A stretch of 64,000 nt of DNA. Origin: Heptranchias perlo. Lineage: Eukaryota. The stretch is from positions 25,730,001 through 25,794,000 of the forward strand of contig NC_090339.1 in the NCBI RefSeq assembly GCF_035084215.1. Direction: 5' to 3'. The translations under genes were made by a program, and so were the position numbers. Of this stretch, positions 47,734 to 60,081 are shown one piece after another; positions within the stretch are counted from its first letter, which is position 1, and each line of letters begins with the position of its first letter. The notes beneath the pieces were generated by a model. The model worked only from the letters and a program-made list of their open reading frames with translations. It was not told the DNA's origin and searched no databases.

Positions 47734-49790
47734 TCATAGAATCATAGAAGGTTACAGCACAGAAGGAGGCCATTCGGCCTATCGAGTCTGCGCTGGCTCT
47801 ATGCATGAGCAATCCAGCTAGTCCTACTGCATTGCCCTATCCCCGTAGCCCTGCACATTTTTTCATTTCAAGTACTTATCCAGTTCCCTTTTGAAGGCCA
47901 TGATTGAATCTGCCTCCGCCACTCCTTCGGGCTGTGCATTCCAGATCCTAACTACTCGCTGTGTAAAAAAGTTTTTTCTCATATCACCTTTGGTTCTTTT
48001 GCCAATCACCTTAAATCTATGTCCTCTGGTTCTTGACCATTCCGCCAATGGGAACAGTTTCTTTCTATCCGCTCTGTCTAGACCCTTCATGATTTTGAAC
48101 ACCTATATCAAATCTCCTCTCAAACTTCTCTGTTCCAAGGAGGTCAATTCCAGCCTCTCCAGTCTATCCACATAATTGAAGTCCCTCATCCCTGGAATCA
48201 TTCTAGTCACACTCCTCTGCACCGTCTCTTAAGGCCTTCACATCCTTCCTAAAGTACGGTGCCCAGAATTGGACACAACACTCCAGTTGCAGCCGAACCA
48301 GTGTTTTATAAAGTTTCAACACAATTTCCTTGCTTTTGTACTCTATGCCTCTATTTATAAAGCCCAGGACCCCGTATGCTTTTTTAACCGCTTTCTCAAC
48401 CTGCCCTGCCACCTTCAACGATTTATGCACGTAAATTATCCCTCTGTTCCTCCACCCCTTTTAGAATTGTGCCCTCTAGTTTGTATTGCCTCTCCTCATT
48501 TTTCCTACCGAAATGTATCACCTCACATTTTTCCATGTTAAACTTCATCTGCCACATATCCACCCATGCCACCAGAGTGTCTATATCCGCTTGAAGTCTA
48601 TTGCTATCCTCCTTACTGTTCACTATCCTTCCAAGTTTTGTGTCACCTGCAAATTTTGAAATTGTGCCCTGTACTCCCAAGTCCAAGTCATTTATATATA
48701 TATATATATATATATATCAAGAAAAGCAGTGGTCCCAGCACCGACCCCTGGGGAACACCACTGCACACCTCCCTCCAGTCTGAAAAACATCCACTCACCA
48801 CTACTCTCTGTTTCCTGTCACTTAGCCAATTCTGTATCCATGTTGCTATTGCCCCCTTTATTCTATGGGCTGCAACCTTAATGGAAAGCCTACCATGTGG
48901 CACTTTATCAAACGCTTTTTGAAAATCCATATACACTACATCAAGTGCATTGCCCTCATCGACCCTCTCTGATACCTCATCAAAAAACTCTATCAAGTTG
49001 GTTAAACACAATTTGCCTTTAACAAATCCGTGCTGGCTTTCCCTAATCAATCCACACTCGTCCAAGTGACTGTTAATTCCGTCCTGGATTATCGTTTCCA
49101 AAAGTTTCCCCACCACAGAGGTTAAACTGACTGGCCTATAGTTGCTGGGTTTATCTTTACACCCTTTCTTTGAACAAGGGTGTAACATTTGCAATTCTCC
49201 AGTCCTCTGGCATCACCTCCGTATCTAAGGATGTCTGGAAGATTATGGCCAATACCTCCGCAATTTCCCCCCTTACTTCCCTCAGCATCAGAGGGTACAT
49301 CCCACCCGGACCGGGTAACTTATCTATTTTAAGTACAGCTAGCCTTTCTAGTACCTCTTCTTTCTCAATTTTTAGCCCCTCCAGTATCTTAACTATATCT
49401 TCCTTTACCGAGACTCTGGCAGCAGCATCTTCCTTAGTAAAGACCGATGCAAAGAATTCATTTAATACCTTAGCCATTCCCACTGCCTCCATGAGCTAAT
49501 CTCCTTTATGGTCCCTAATTGGCCCCACCCCTCCTCTTACTACCCGTTTTCTGTTAACATGTCTGTAGAAGACTTTATTGGATTCCCTTTTATGTTGGTC
49601 GCTCGTCTATTCTCATACTTCTCTTTGCCGCTCTTATTTCCTTTTTCACTTCCCCTCTGAACTTTCTATATTCTGCCTGGTTCTCACTTGTGTTATCAAC
49701 CTGACACCTGCCATATGCTGCTTTTTTCCGCTTCATCTTATTCTTTATCTCCTTTGTCATCCAGGCAGCTCTGGCTTTAGTTGCGGCCTG
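47734..49790 (-). mobile_element. CR1 LINE, degraded ORF2
   Basis: [39 protein letters not shown]; internal (TA)n expansion at ~48693-48717; (atagaatc)n tail. Confidence 0.92.
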
Positions 49791-50434
49791 ACCCCATCTA
49801 ATACCTTACTATTTTTTACTCTACGGCTATCCTTCTCTCCTTTAAGTTAGTTTGAAACAAAAAAAAGTTGCCAAATCTGGTAGGAGAAATCTGACATCTA
49901 ACTAACTTTCTCAGTCTCCACTGTTGGATATATTCTGTGGTGCATTAGAAACTGGAATTCGGCTGGTCGGAAGCAGGCCTATTATCAAATGAATCTGAAC
50001 GCTGAATTAGGAGAAAAAAATGAGGGGGAGGAATTGTTCGATCCTAAAATTGGGGCAAATTATGTCCTGCCCTGCAGTAATATTCTTATTGAATATGGAA
50101 AATTATTGATCCAATTAAAGATGAATGATTGGGTACAAGGCACCACTGTGAATGAGCTCCTTGATTCCGATAAGTAAGTATATTTGCCTAGATATAAGCA
50201 AATCGCTGAGTAGGTGTAATTCTGAATATTTTTAATAGGGGTGGGCTAGATTCAGGGTTTGGTGAAATTTACCCTCGAGTTTCATTTGTAGTACTTAGTT
50301 GCTCTGAATTAGTTACATATTTCTTAGGATTCAACCGTGTTTTATGTTTTGTGTACAAAAATATTCTGTGGTTTGAGAATTTTTTTAATTCCTTGACTGG
50401 AAATATTTACCTTTTTCATTTTTTATTTCTCTAG

Positions 50435-50586
50435 TTTTCACAAAGAATCTGTGCAGCCAGATGTCGTCCATTAGCGGTCCTCTGCTACAGTGGCTGGAGG
50501 ATCGTCTAGATCAGAACAAACAGCACATCCTGGAACTTCAGCGAGAGAAGGAACAGCTCCTCCAGGAACTATCAGTCCTAAAGTGA
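50435..50586 (+). CDS. BRCC3: BRCC3 coding exon 8 (terminal)
   Basis: Long pyrimidine tract and ctag|, 152 nt. Encodes (V)FTKNLCSQMSSISGPLLQWLEDRLDQNKQHILELQREKEQLLQELSVLK*. Spliced CDS is 786 nt (261 aa). Confidence 0.95.
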
Positions 50587-51330
50587 AAGGAATTGTAGGA
50601 GCTGAGGGAAGAGGGACAGGAAATTTCACACAGATTACTCTTCTGCTACTGATGAGCAAGGAAGCTGTTGGACTGTGACAAAGCTGTGTAGCAAAGCTTT
50701 AATGTCATGTTTAAGACCCCACCCCCCCCACCATCTTCTTTTATTGCCTTTGATCTTACTTGCCTATCAAGCCAGTCTTATGCCCAAACAAATGGAAGCA
50801 AGCATGTTGCAGGTTTGGTTGGCTTTTGCACCAAAGGGGGATTCTTCCAGCCATTGCTGGATCTAGGAGTCCAGCACTGGAATCAGTGGATCTATTTACA
50901 TGAAGTTGTTGCATAGACAAGTTTGCTATCAATATTTTAACTAATCATTCTTTCAATTGCACGATGTGATGGTAAAAGTTGGTTTAATCAATATTACTCA
51001 AGACCAGGGACTTTGTTGACTACTTGATAAATTTGTCAACAAAAAAAATGGTTGCTTGTGTTTTTATTTATGGTCAGCATAATGGAAACTGGGACAGCTA
51101 TTATCCATTAGATGTTCTGATTGTTTTATACATGCCAGATGTTGGAAAATTCAAGAACTGGTGGATACTGGAGATTTTGAATACATCTTTGAATGATACA
51201 ATGTGTCAAAAACATTAGCTATATCTAAAGAGGTGAGACTGTTTATTTCTCATTATTCACCCTGTGAATGGAATTGGTGAGTAAAGTAGAGAAAAATCTG
51301 TGCGTAAAATAATTTTCTTCTCAACCTCAG

Positions 51331-51590
51331 ATATATTTAGGATACTTTGCCATCTAGAGCAGAGCATCAGCACATCACCAGTCTGCATTATATTGACCAA
51401 TTTCAACCTATGGATCATTAACTTAGATAAACAGCATATCCTGGAACTTCAGCAAGAGAAGGAACAGCTTTTCCAGGAACTAGCAGCCCTATAGGGAAAG
51501 GAATTATAGGGACTGTGGGAAGGGCACACAGATGACTCTTCTGTTACTGATGAGAAGGAAAGCTATTGAACTGTAACAAAGCTGTGTAGC
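51331..51590 (+). other. BRCC3: Diverged duplicate of the BRCC3 terminal exon (candidate alternative last exon)
   Basis: 51429-51590 aligns to 50518-50691 (KQHILELQQEKEQLFQELAAL*, plus 3' UTR). Acceptor ttttcttctcaacctcag| at 51330 is in phase 1 and the frame is open to TAG at 51494. The duplication is certain; use as an exon is not. Confidence 0.6.
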
Positions 51591-52148
51591 TTGGCTTGAT
51601 TGAACACGGGTGACGGCCCTACTTTACAATCTACTAGGTTGTCTATTCTACTATTTAAACAACCTTTGCGTACCTTTTGATTTTTTAGTCTAAGGCGCAG
51701 TTTGATTTACCACTTTCACTCAGCTCTGTTTATTGGTATCAGAACTGGATCTTAATGCATTTGATTATTAATATACACCTGGTGAGCTGTTAAACTGATA
51801 CAGGACCAGCAGCTACAATCCAGTCTAAAATGTACTGTGGGCCTCTACAGGGATTGAATTATTACTTTGTAGAAATAGTTCAACCATCTCCCATTGTGAC
51901 CTGTGCTGCACTTCTTGCTAAATTGTACTTTCCAAGGATAATACAAGGTTTTGGCATGCACACTACCATCATACTTGCATCCATGTAAGTTGAAGGGTGC
52001 TATCTGCCCATCTGTGACTTCTGGTAAAGTATTCTGACCTCTGCAGGTAAACCAAAGTAGCCTTCAGCCTAGATATGCACTGATATGGGTATTAGTTAAA
52101 TTAGACATTTGTATTTAAACATCTAAATTGTAATTAAACAATATTAAG

Positions 52149-52154
52149 AATAAA
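52149..52154 (+). terminator. Candidate BRCC3 polyadenylation signal
   Basis: AATAAA preceded by ATTAAA at ~52133; a second AATAAA lies at ~52372. Confidence 0.4.
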
Positions 52155-54208
52155 ACCTGCTTTCTACTGATGTGAAATAACAGTTATCAAAGCATTTTCT
52201 GCCTTAAATATTTTGCATGTGTATATGTTTATATAATCTTAAAAAGACTTGTGTCTAAGGCATGTTAAAAAAACAAAATTTGACATCATAAATCACTTGT
52301 CATGATATGTTATTTCTTACAGTCTATAACTGATTCAATGTGAGCAATAACACTGGAGACCTATATGATATAATAAAAAAGTTATGAATGCACACACTTC
52401 CTATTCACTACACACCAAATTTATGTCACACTTTTTTTTTTAAAAATTACAAAAACCATTATTTGTAATGAATAGAAAGTCTCTCCAGGCACAGAAACCT
52501 GGCTGCAGACTTCTGATTGACCTTCCCACAAACTAAGCCAGGATTCTGATTTCCAGCCTCAATAGCAATTAACTTTTGTTCACTTAACATCAATTAGACT
52601 TTGTAGCCTGAAAGGAACACACACATCCAAACTTTAGTAGATGAATAATATGTTGGATTTTACTCAGTATGTTCCTGCCTTTATAAAACAATGAATCCCC
52701 ACCCTAAGCAACACCACAGGAGATGTGCTAGTAATTCAGAAATCTTGCATCTAATGTGTACAGATTTTTGTGTCACATTTGCAGCTGATTAGCTCAAAAT
52801 TTAATCATAACAACAGCAACAAATTACACTGATTAAAGAAAATACCAATCAAAAGCAGGAATGAAAACTACCAATTAAGTACTATGCATGACCTATACTC
52901 ACTACTCAGTTTGATTAGTACTTTTCAAACTGTTACCAATAAAACACTAACAATGGGAACAGGAACCAATGAAGAGCTCAAAATATTTTTGACTGCCATC
53001 TTGCTTTTTTTTTAAACTGGGGATGCGGTATTGGAAATAAGGTTTTCAACATAATAAAGACATAAATTATAAAATTCACAAGAAAATAATTAAAAGTGCC
53101 TGTTTGTTTCTAACATTGTTTTCTGTTAGAGGATATTTGAGATATTTCAACATTTTCCTGCCTTGTCCATCTTTGAGAAGCCTGGGCCTTGATTTCATGG
53201 GGCTTCCCAAAGCTACAATTTCCACAGTGCACCAGTGTTACTCTCTGTAAGCGCTCTGGACAATGCTCCCAAAATGTTTGTGTCACTGTGTAAATAATCT
53301 GCATTATGTGTCTCCGAATACACTTTGACTGGAGTAAGGAGTTATAACACACTATGTTGCTAAAATTAATAGCAAGACTGGCTGTTTGCATTTGTAACCC
53401 CCACCTGTTCTCTTCCCCATCTTCCCTGGCCTAGCTATGGAAAGGGAATAAGAATATTTTAAAAACTAGCAATCCATCATCAGGACCAGTGAAGGTAACT
53501 GAATTTTTTTTGCATGGAAACATCAAAATAAAGTAATGCATGAACTTTTGTACTTTACTGAAGTAACTGACAGGAAAAACAATGAATTAACTATGTAAAA
53601 GGAATTGTTTATGTGACTACATCATGTTACATGCATAAATTGAATTGATTTATTTTTGCAACTGTGGTATGTAAGGGGAAAGAAGAGAAAAAAGCTTGTA
53701 TTTACATAACTTATCACCTCCCAAAGGACTTCATAACCAGCTAATTGCTTTTGAAGTGCAATCAATGTTATTATGTAGCAATATGTGTCAGCTAATTTCT
53801 GCACAGCAAGTTCCCACAAACAGCAAATGTATGACCAGATGATTACTTTTGGTAGTGTTAGTTGAGGGAGGAATGTTAGTCAGGACCCAATGATAACTCC
53901 CTGCTCTTCTTTGATTGGGCCATAGAATCAATTATATCTGTGTGAGCAGCCTTGATTTATGTCTAAATTTAGAAAGAAAAAAAATGTGTTTTTATAGCAC
54001 CTTTGACAACCTCAGAATGTCCCAAGTGTTTTACAGTCCATTAGGAACTTTTGAAGTGTAGCTACCGTTGTAGTATAGGTAAACACAGCAGGCAATTTGA
54101 GCACAGGAAGATCCCACAAACAGCAATGAGATAATTTATCTTTTTTTTAATGATATAGATTGAGGAATAAATGTTGGCCAGGATAATGCCCCTGCTCTTC
54201 TTAAATAG

Positions 54209-55115
54209 TTGTAAACAATTTTACAACACCAAGTTATAGTCCAACGATTTTATTTGAAATCTACAAGCTTTCGGAGGCTTCCTCCTTCCTCAGGTAAATG
54301 TCAGGAATTCCTCGAAGCCTACGCATTTATAAATCAGAGAACAATACATGGTGATTACAGACTGCCCCTGCAACTGCCCGTTGCCAAGGCAATCACCGTG
54401 TTCAGACAGAGAGGTGTCACCTACAGAACCCCCGAATATACATTCAACAAAAAAAAACAAACAGGAAAAAAAACAGAGAGAGAGAGAGAGGCAGAAACAT
54501 CCGGAAGGCAGAGAAAGCCAGCAAATGACCCGTTATATTAAAAACAGATAGCTTTTGTTCGCTGGTGGGCTTATGTGTAGCGTGACATGAACCCAAGATC
54601 CCGGTTAAGGCCGTCCTCATGGGTGCGGAACTTGGCTATCAATTTCTGCTCGACAATTTTGCGTTGTCGTGTGTCTCGAAGGCCGCCTTGGAGTATGCTT
54701 ACCCGAAGGTCGGTGGCTGAATGTCCCTAACTGCTGAAGTGTTCCCCGACTGGGAGGGAACCCTCCTGTTTGGCGATTGTTGCGCGGTGTCCGTTCATCC
54801 GTTGTCGCAGCGTCTGCATGGTCTCGCCAATGTACCATGCTCTGGGGCATCCTTTCCTGCAACGTATGAGGTAGACAACGTTGGCCGAGTCACAGGAGTA
54901 TGAACCATGCACCTGGTGGGTGGTGTCCTCTCGTGTGATGGTGGTATCTGTGTTGATGATCTGGCATGTCTTGCAGAGGTTACCGTGGCAGGGTTGTGTG
55001 GTGTCATGGACACTGTTCTCCTGAAAGCTGGGTAATTTGCTGCGAACGATAGTCTGAGGTTGGGTGGCTGTTTAAAGGCGAGTAGTGGAGGTGTGGGGAT
55101 GGCCCTAGTGAGGTG
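54209..55115 (-). mobile_element. Penelope-like element, 5'-truncated 3' fragment
   Basis: GIY-YIG remnant (NVVYLIRCRKGCPRAWYIGET) and the same 3' UTR as the 43-47 kb element; flanked by ttcttaaata(g/a)t at 54198 and 55116. Confidence 0.92.
54259..54299 (-). ncRNA. Minimal hammerhead ribozyme motif (third copy)
   Basis: AUUUAC-CUGAGGA-A-GGAGG(AAG)CCUCC-GAAA-GC-UU-GUAGAU; differences from the other copies preserve pairing. Confidence 0.68.
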
Positions 55116-55360
55116 TTCTTAAATAATGCCAAGGGATCTTTAATAGCCAGCTGAGAGAGGCCTCGATTTAATGTCTCATCTGAAAGACAGCACCTCTGAC
55201 AATGCAACATTCCCTCACTGCTGCACTGAAGTGTCTGCCTAGATTATGTACTCATGTCTCTGAAATGGGGCATGAACCTACAACCTTCTGACTCAGAGGC
55301 GAAAATGCTACTAACTGAGCCAAGGCTAACATTTAGCTCTAGGTATGAGGAAAACACAAT

Positions 55361-55538
55361 GGGGTTGAATTTCCATCAGAGTTCTACTGATCATCTGCCA
55401 TAACTTTTGCGGAAAATCTGCAGAAACACTGGAAAAACGACGTAAATACTATGTTATGCCGTTCCTCCAGGGTTTCTATGGATCTTCTGCTGAAATTATG
55501 GTGGACGATTCTGAGAATCCCGGCAGAAATTCAAGTCC
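55361..55538. mobile_element. Palindromic MITE
   Basis: ggggttgaatttc ... gaaattcaagtcc termini with internal fold-back. Confidence 0.6.
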
Positions 55539-57362
55539 TATATATTTGATTTTTTTTTTACTTTTTATTCATGACCAATAAAATGGGAGATCCCTACATA
55601 TAAAATCTTCTATCTAGTGTGTGTTTGTCACACAAAAAATCCTGATTGGCACAAATTTCCCTGGAGCAAATAAAGAAAAGCAACTTACTTCACTGCTGCT
55701 GACCAAATCTTTCTCACATTTAGTTTCAAATCTTTTCAGCGGCCATGTGCTCACTCCCCCACACTAGAACCACCCTCTTACAACAGGATGACCTATAGTT
55801 CATCATCAACAACACCCTGGTAGATCTGCTCATGTATAAAATTTTGAGTCCATCACACTTCAAAGTGTGAAAAGTATTGGAGAAAAAAGAGAAGTAGTCA
55901 TTTCATGCTTCTTCTGACCTTGAGCTGGACATTTACAAGCATCTGCCAATCTGCCGACTTGGCTCATAAACAGCAATTTACCTCTAATTGATCGCAGATC
56001 TACTACTTACAAGAATTAGACTGGGGATGAAATTGGTCTGTGGTGGTACCGCAAAACGAACAATAATGAATTGGCAGCCCGCTTTCCACCCTGACTCTTT
56101 TATTTTCCTCAGGCTATATAAATGTAACTTTTTTTATTATTTGAAGAAAAGCAGGAAGTTCCCTGAGTGTCCTGGCAACATTCCTCCCAACCAAAAACAG
56201 ATTGTCTGGTCGTTTATCTCATTTGCTATTAGTAGGTTCTTATTTTGTCCAAATTGGCTGCTATGTTTGCCTACAGCACAACAGTGACTGCACTTAAAAA
56301 AAAAAAGTAGTTAGTTGGTTGTGAAGTACTTTGGGATGACTTGAGGGCATGAATATAAATTAATTAATTCATTTTCTTTGCTTTGCTTTTCTTTCCCTCT
56401 CAAAGTGCTCATCTCAAGGGTATTTTTGATTCCCAGTTGGACACAGCAATTAATAAAAAATGCAGGTCATTAATTTTTACTTCAGTGTCTGTGAATGCTC
56501 TTCATTGCACCTGAGTCACATACTGCTAACTCACAACCTCTGAAGTTCTACCTATGTATAATCAACTGTCTCAAATCATAATATGAACTGGTAAAACTGC
56601 AACCTAACACTTTGATGTTTGTTGGATCTACATGGAGGTTCACTCTAGCCAGGAAAATGAAATGTTTTACAACTGCTAATTCCTTATCCCCAGAAAAATA
56701 GAATCATCCTGAGGGAACTCGTCAAGCTCCTTGAGAAGTTAAAATGGTACCATTACTATGCCTTGTCCAAGCAATGCTCCCAGAATACAGCTATTATAAG
56801 CTATCGACAATATAACTTTTGAGGCATTGGCTGATTCTTACCAGCAAATTTTAAATCTGTCTTGTTCCTGTCTCTTGTCCCTATAAGACGACAATTAGCT
56901 TAGACAGTAATAATAAAACATTGATTTGCTCAAAACTGTGACCTGAAATGCAGCCCTTTTTAGAAGCCTAAAGATATGGCTTAATTAACAGATCTGAGCA
57001 AGGTAATTTAATATTTGTGTTTAGTGTCTGGTTTTAGCCTTTCTCCTTTTTTAAATGTAATGCTATTATTTGTATATATCCAAATTAGATTCCCAGCTTT
57101 GGTTTGTCACTTGAAGCATCAAATGTATAGCCTATAACAATCTTGTCAATTGTCCCTCCTCTTGAACAGGAAGCTATTCATAAAGCAATCATACACGCTC
57201 CCTGGCTGGCAGTCAAAGGGATACACAGGTGCAGCCCAGAGCACACTAGTGATCATTGGTTGATTTAGTTGCAGCCTGGAACCAAACGGCAATAAATTGT
57301 CCAAAAACCATCACATTCAAGACAGCCCACAGAGAAGGCAAGTATAAACGGACACGGTGAAA

Positions 57363-57411
57363 ATGTCCAGTGGAAAACAAGATGTGATAATCATTGGAGG
57401 GGGCTTGTCGG
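57363..57411 (+). CDS. MAO: Flavin amine oxidase (monoamine oxidase-like), coding exon 1; remainder not found in window
   Basis: aaaATG TCC AGT GGA AAA CAA GAT GTG ATA ATC ATT GGA GGG GGC TTG TCG G|gtgagt = MSSGKQDVIIIGGGLS(G). An FAD-binding GxGxxG motif is split by a phase-1 consensus donor in the last Gly, as in vertebrate MAOA/MAOB exon 1. Only 16 codons of evidence. Confidence 0.68.
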
Positions 57412-58700
57412 GTGAGTTTCTTTGCTCTTCTTCCTTTTCAGTTTTATGCACTTCTTCCACTACATCGTCCAGCACGAAGGGCTAAGAGCTCGATTCATTC
57501 AAATGAAGACAGTTCTGGGAGCAATTTATGCTTTATGAATGAAAGGGTATTTTGAATCAATAATTATGCTTTAGGACAATAAATCAGGAAACAATAGTCT
57601 GAATTGCTGTCACCCCATATTTGTAAGTGAAGGGGATTAATACTTTTATGGATATGATAGAATTTATGCATAATTTCTGAACGATGTAATTTTTTCCCAA
57701 TTTATCCGAAGAATATTAAAGCAGCAAAATGTTTTGGATTTCAATTAACTTTAATTTAGTTTATTTAAAATGCAGACTCCATGTCTGTGGGCGCTGCACA
57801 AAACATATTGTAGTGAGCTATCTGTTACACAGAAAGCATTTAAATGCTGTCCTCTGTTAAAAGCCGAGCTGCAAACAACGCGTGTGATTTCAGAGCTGTT
57901 ATAAATGTGGGACGCATTTTAAAGATGGCATTCTATATGGTTGCATTATTAGTCATGAAGCCAGTAACAATGTGTATTATCACTGAGAGTACAGACCTTC
58001 AGGTTAATCCTTCCTCTGAGCCAATTCCCCTTCTACCGCCCCAGCAATGTAATCAGCTCTCACTGTTCAAACAGGAAGATTTTTTTTTAGTTCAACAGGT
58101 AACTGAAAATAAACAAAAGGATGTAAAATATAATATGTTTTAATAATGCTTTTATTTTTTTAATGTATTATGTTGCTGTTTAAAAAGGATCCTTGTAGAG
58201 TAGAGATTAGAGGACTAATTTTGTGATCCCCTGAGCAAGGCTACCTGTCCAAGCTGCTTGCCTGGCCTAACTGGGCGGGGAGGGGCCACAAATGCCTTTG
58301 TGGAGACTGGTGCACCCCCACTCACTCGGCACCCCAGACATCACATAAAGCCCCAATTGAGACTTGCGGAGTCCTCACCCCTGGTTCCGCCCCAGCACAT
58401 CATCTGCCTTGTAAGGGGCAGATGGAGCTGCTGCCTCTTACAAAGCAGCCATGAAACACCTGCAAATGGTAGAGTTCCGGTGTAATTGACTCTCTGCTGT
58501 TCTCCTGGGGGTTTCACAGGTCTCCCACTGGAATTACAATGGGCGGTCGGCAGATTCCCCACAGAATTTCAGGGCTCGGTGTCTATTGTTGAGGCTCCAG
58601 CTACTTAACTGCCATTATGATGGTGGGATAATAAAAACTGTTAGAGATTATGCTTAGGGGACGTGTTATGATCTTCCTTTTAGTAAACAAAGTCTTAGTG

Positions 58701-58873
58701 GGGGGTAATTCTAACCTATCCTATCTGACGGGAAACTGACAGGATTGGGATGGGCGCCCATTTTACACATGTCCATTGAAGTCAATGGAAAGTAATATCT
58801 GGTGGCTGTGTAAAATGGGCACCCAATCCAATCCTGTCAGTTCCACGTCCGGCAAGTTAGTTTAAATTACCCC
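58701..58873. mobile_element. Palindromic MITE
   Basis: ggggtaatt...aattacccc termini, aactgacaggattgg / ccaatcctgtcagtt arms, centre ccattgaagtcaatgg. Confidence 0.75.
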
Positions 58874-59092
58874 TGGTGTGTGACTTGAGTAAGCCTTTGA
58901 TTGATGACCTCAGTCTTCAGGGGACTATCGGTGCGCTAATTGTGTCAGTGCACTACTGCCCTTACTCCATACCCAACTCGCAATGAAAGATTGACGTTTG
59001 TGCAATGTAAAGAATGTAGTCCTCACAGCAATACTTCAAGGAGATCCAAATCCAGGTCTCCTTCAAAAAAAAATACAGATTGCAGAGACTTT

Positions 59093-59255
59093 GGGGTAGA
59101 TTTTCAATTTAAGCCTGAGCATAAAACTGGCATTATGGATTGACTGCCGATTATAGAAACCGCCTGATTTTCATTTCCCTTGTACGGTTTCTATTATTAG
59201 TGGCCAATCCACAATGCCAGTTTTATGCCCTGGCGGTAAGTTCAAAATCTATTGT
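59093..59255. mobile_element. Palindromic MITE
   Basis: gcataaaactggcattatggattg / caatccacaatgccagttttatgc arms; tagatttt / aaaatcta ends. Confidence 0.7.
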
Positions 59256-59534
59256 CGTGTTTCTTTTCCTGTTGAAAATTGAGTCCAATGATGCGTGCAC
59301 ATTGCATCCATAATGTCAGCAACACGGCATGCAACGTGCATTCTGACATCACAGATACAATGTACACTAATGCTCGGTCCTGATTTTTGGTAAGAAAACA
59401 ATGGGAAATTTTGTGGGGGTTTCATTCACATTTGAGAGGAAACCATATTTTACCAATTTACTACAGAAAAAAATCTGGAAATTTATTGGTGGAAATCGGT
59501 AAAAACTGATTTTAATGATCCCTACATATATAAG

Positions 59535-59955
59535 AATTTGAATTTACATAGTGCCCTTTGTGATCTCAGGATATCCCAAACAGCTTCACAGCCAATGAAT
59601 TACTTTTTGAGATGTAGTCACTGTTGTCATGCATAGAGTCACAGTAGTCAAATTGCACACAGCAAGATCCCACAAAAAACGATGAGAAAATGATCAGATA
59701 ATCAGTTGGTTGAGGGATAAATTGTGGTCCTGACATCCCCCCTGCTCTTCTGTGAATAGAGCCATGGGATCTTTTAGACCTCCTGAGATAGTAGAGAGGG
59801 CCTCTGTTTAATGTCTCATCTGAAAGACTGTTCCTCTGACAGTGCAGCACCCTATCAGTATTGTACTGAAGTGTCAGCCTAGATTATAGGCTCAAGTCTC
59901 TGGAGCGGGGTTTGAATCCACAGCCTTCTGAGCACTAAGCCAAGGCTGACACCAT
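59535..59955 (-). mobile_element. Deu-type SINE, near full length
   Basis: tRNA-like head near 59950, conserved core and L2-like tail near 59540. Confidence 0.7.
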
Positions 59956-60081
59956 ATATTATCTTTCCTTTTGATTGGTCTGCCATGATATCATTGTATA
60001 AGAAACCACAGGAAATAATTTTCAGACGTCCTTCGACTTGAATGGGAAATGTGCCAGTAAAGTCAAAATTGTAGTAATGAA

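Larger units (their letters stand above)
53690..55330 (-). mobile_element. Two Deu-type SINEs, the second split by a Penelope insertion
   Basis: SINE bodies at ~53690-53940 and ~53985-54209; the second resumes at 55116 and runs to its tRNA-like head near 55330. Confidence 0.7.

Noticed and set aside
53212-53232. gctacaatttccacagtgcac, similar to a ZNF143/Staf site
   Set aside because: Single imperfect match with no CpG island or recognisable snRNA gene nearby.
51600-57300. VBP1, expected after BRCC3 from human gene order
   Set aside because: No prefoldin-3-like exon recognised by eye; it may lie outside the window.
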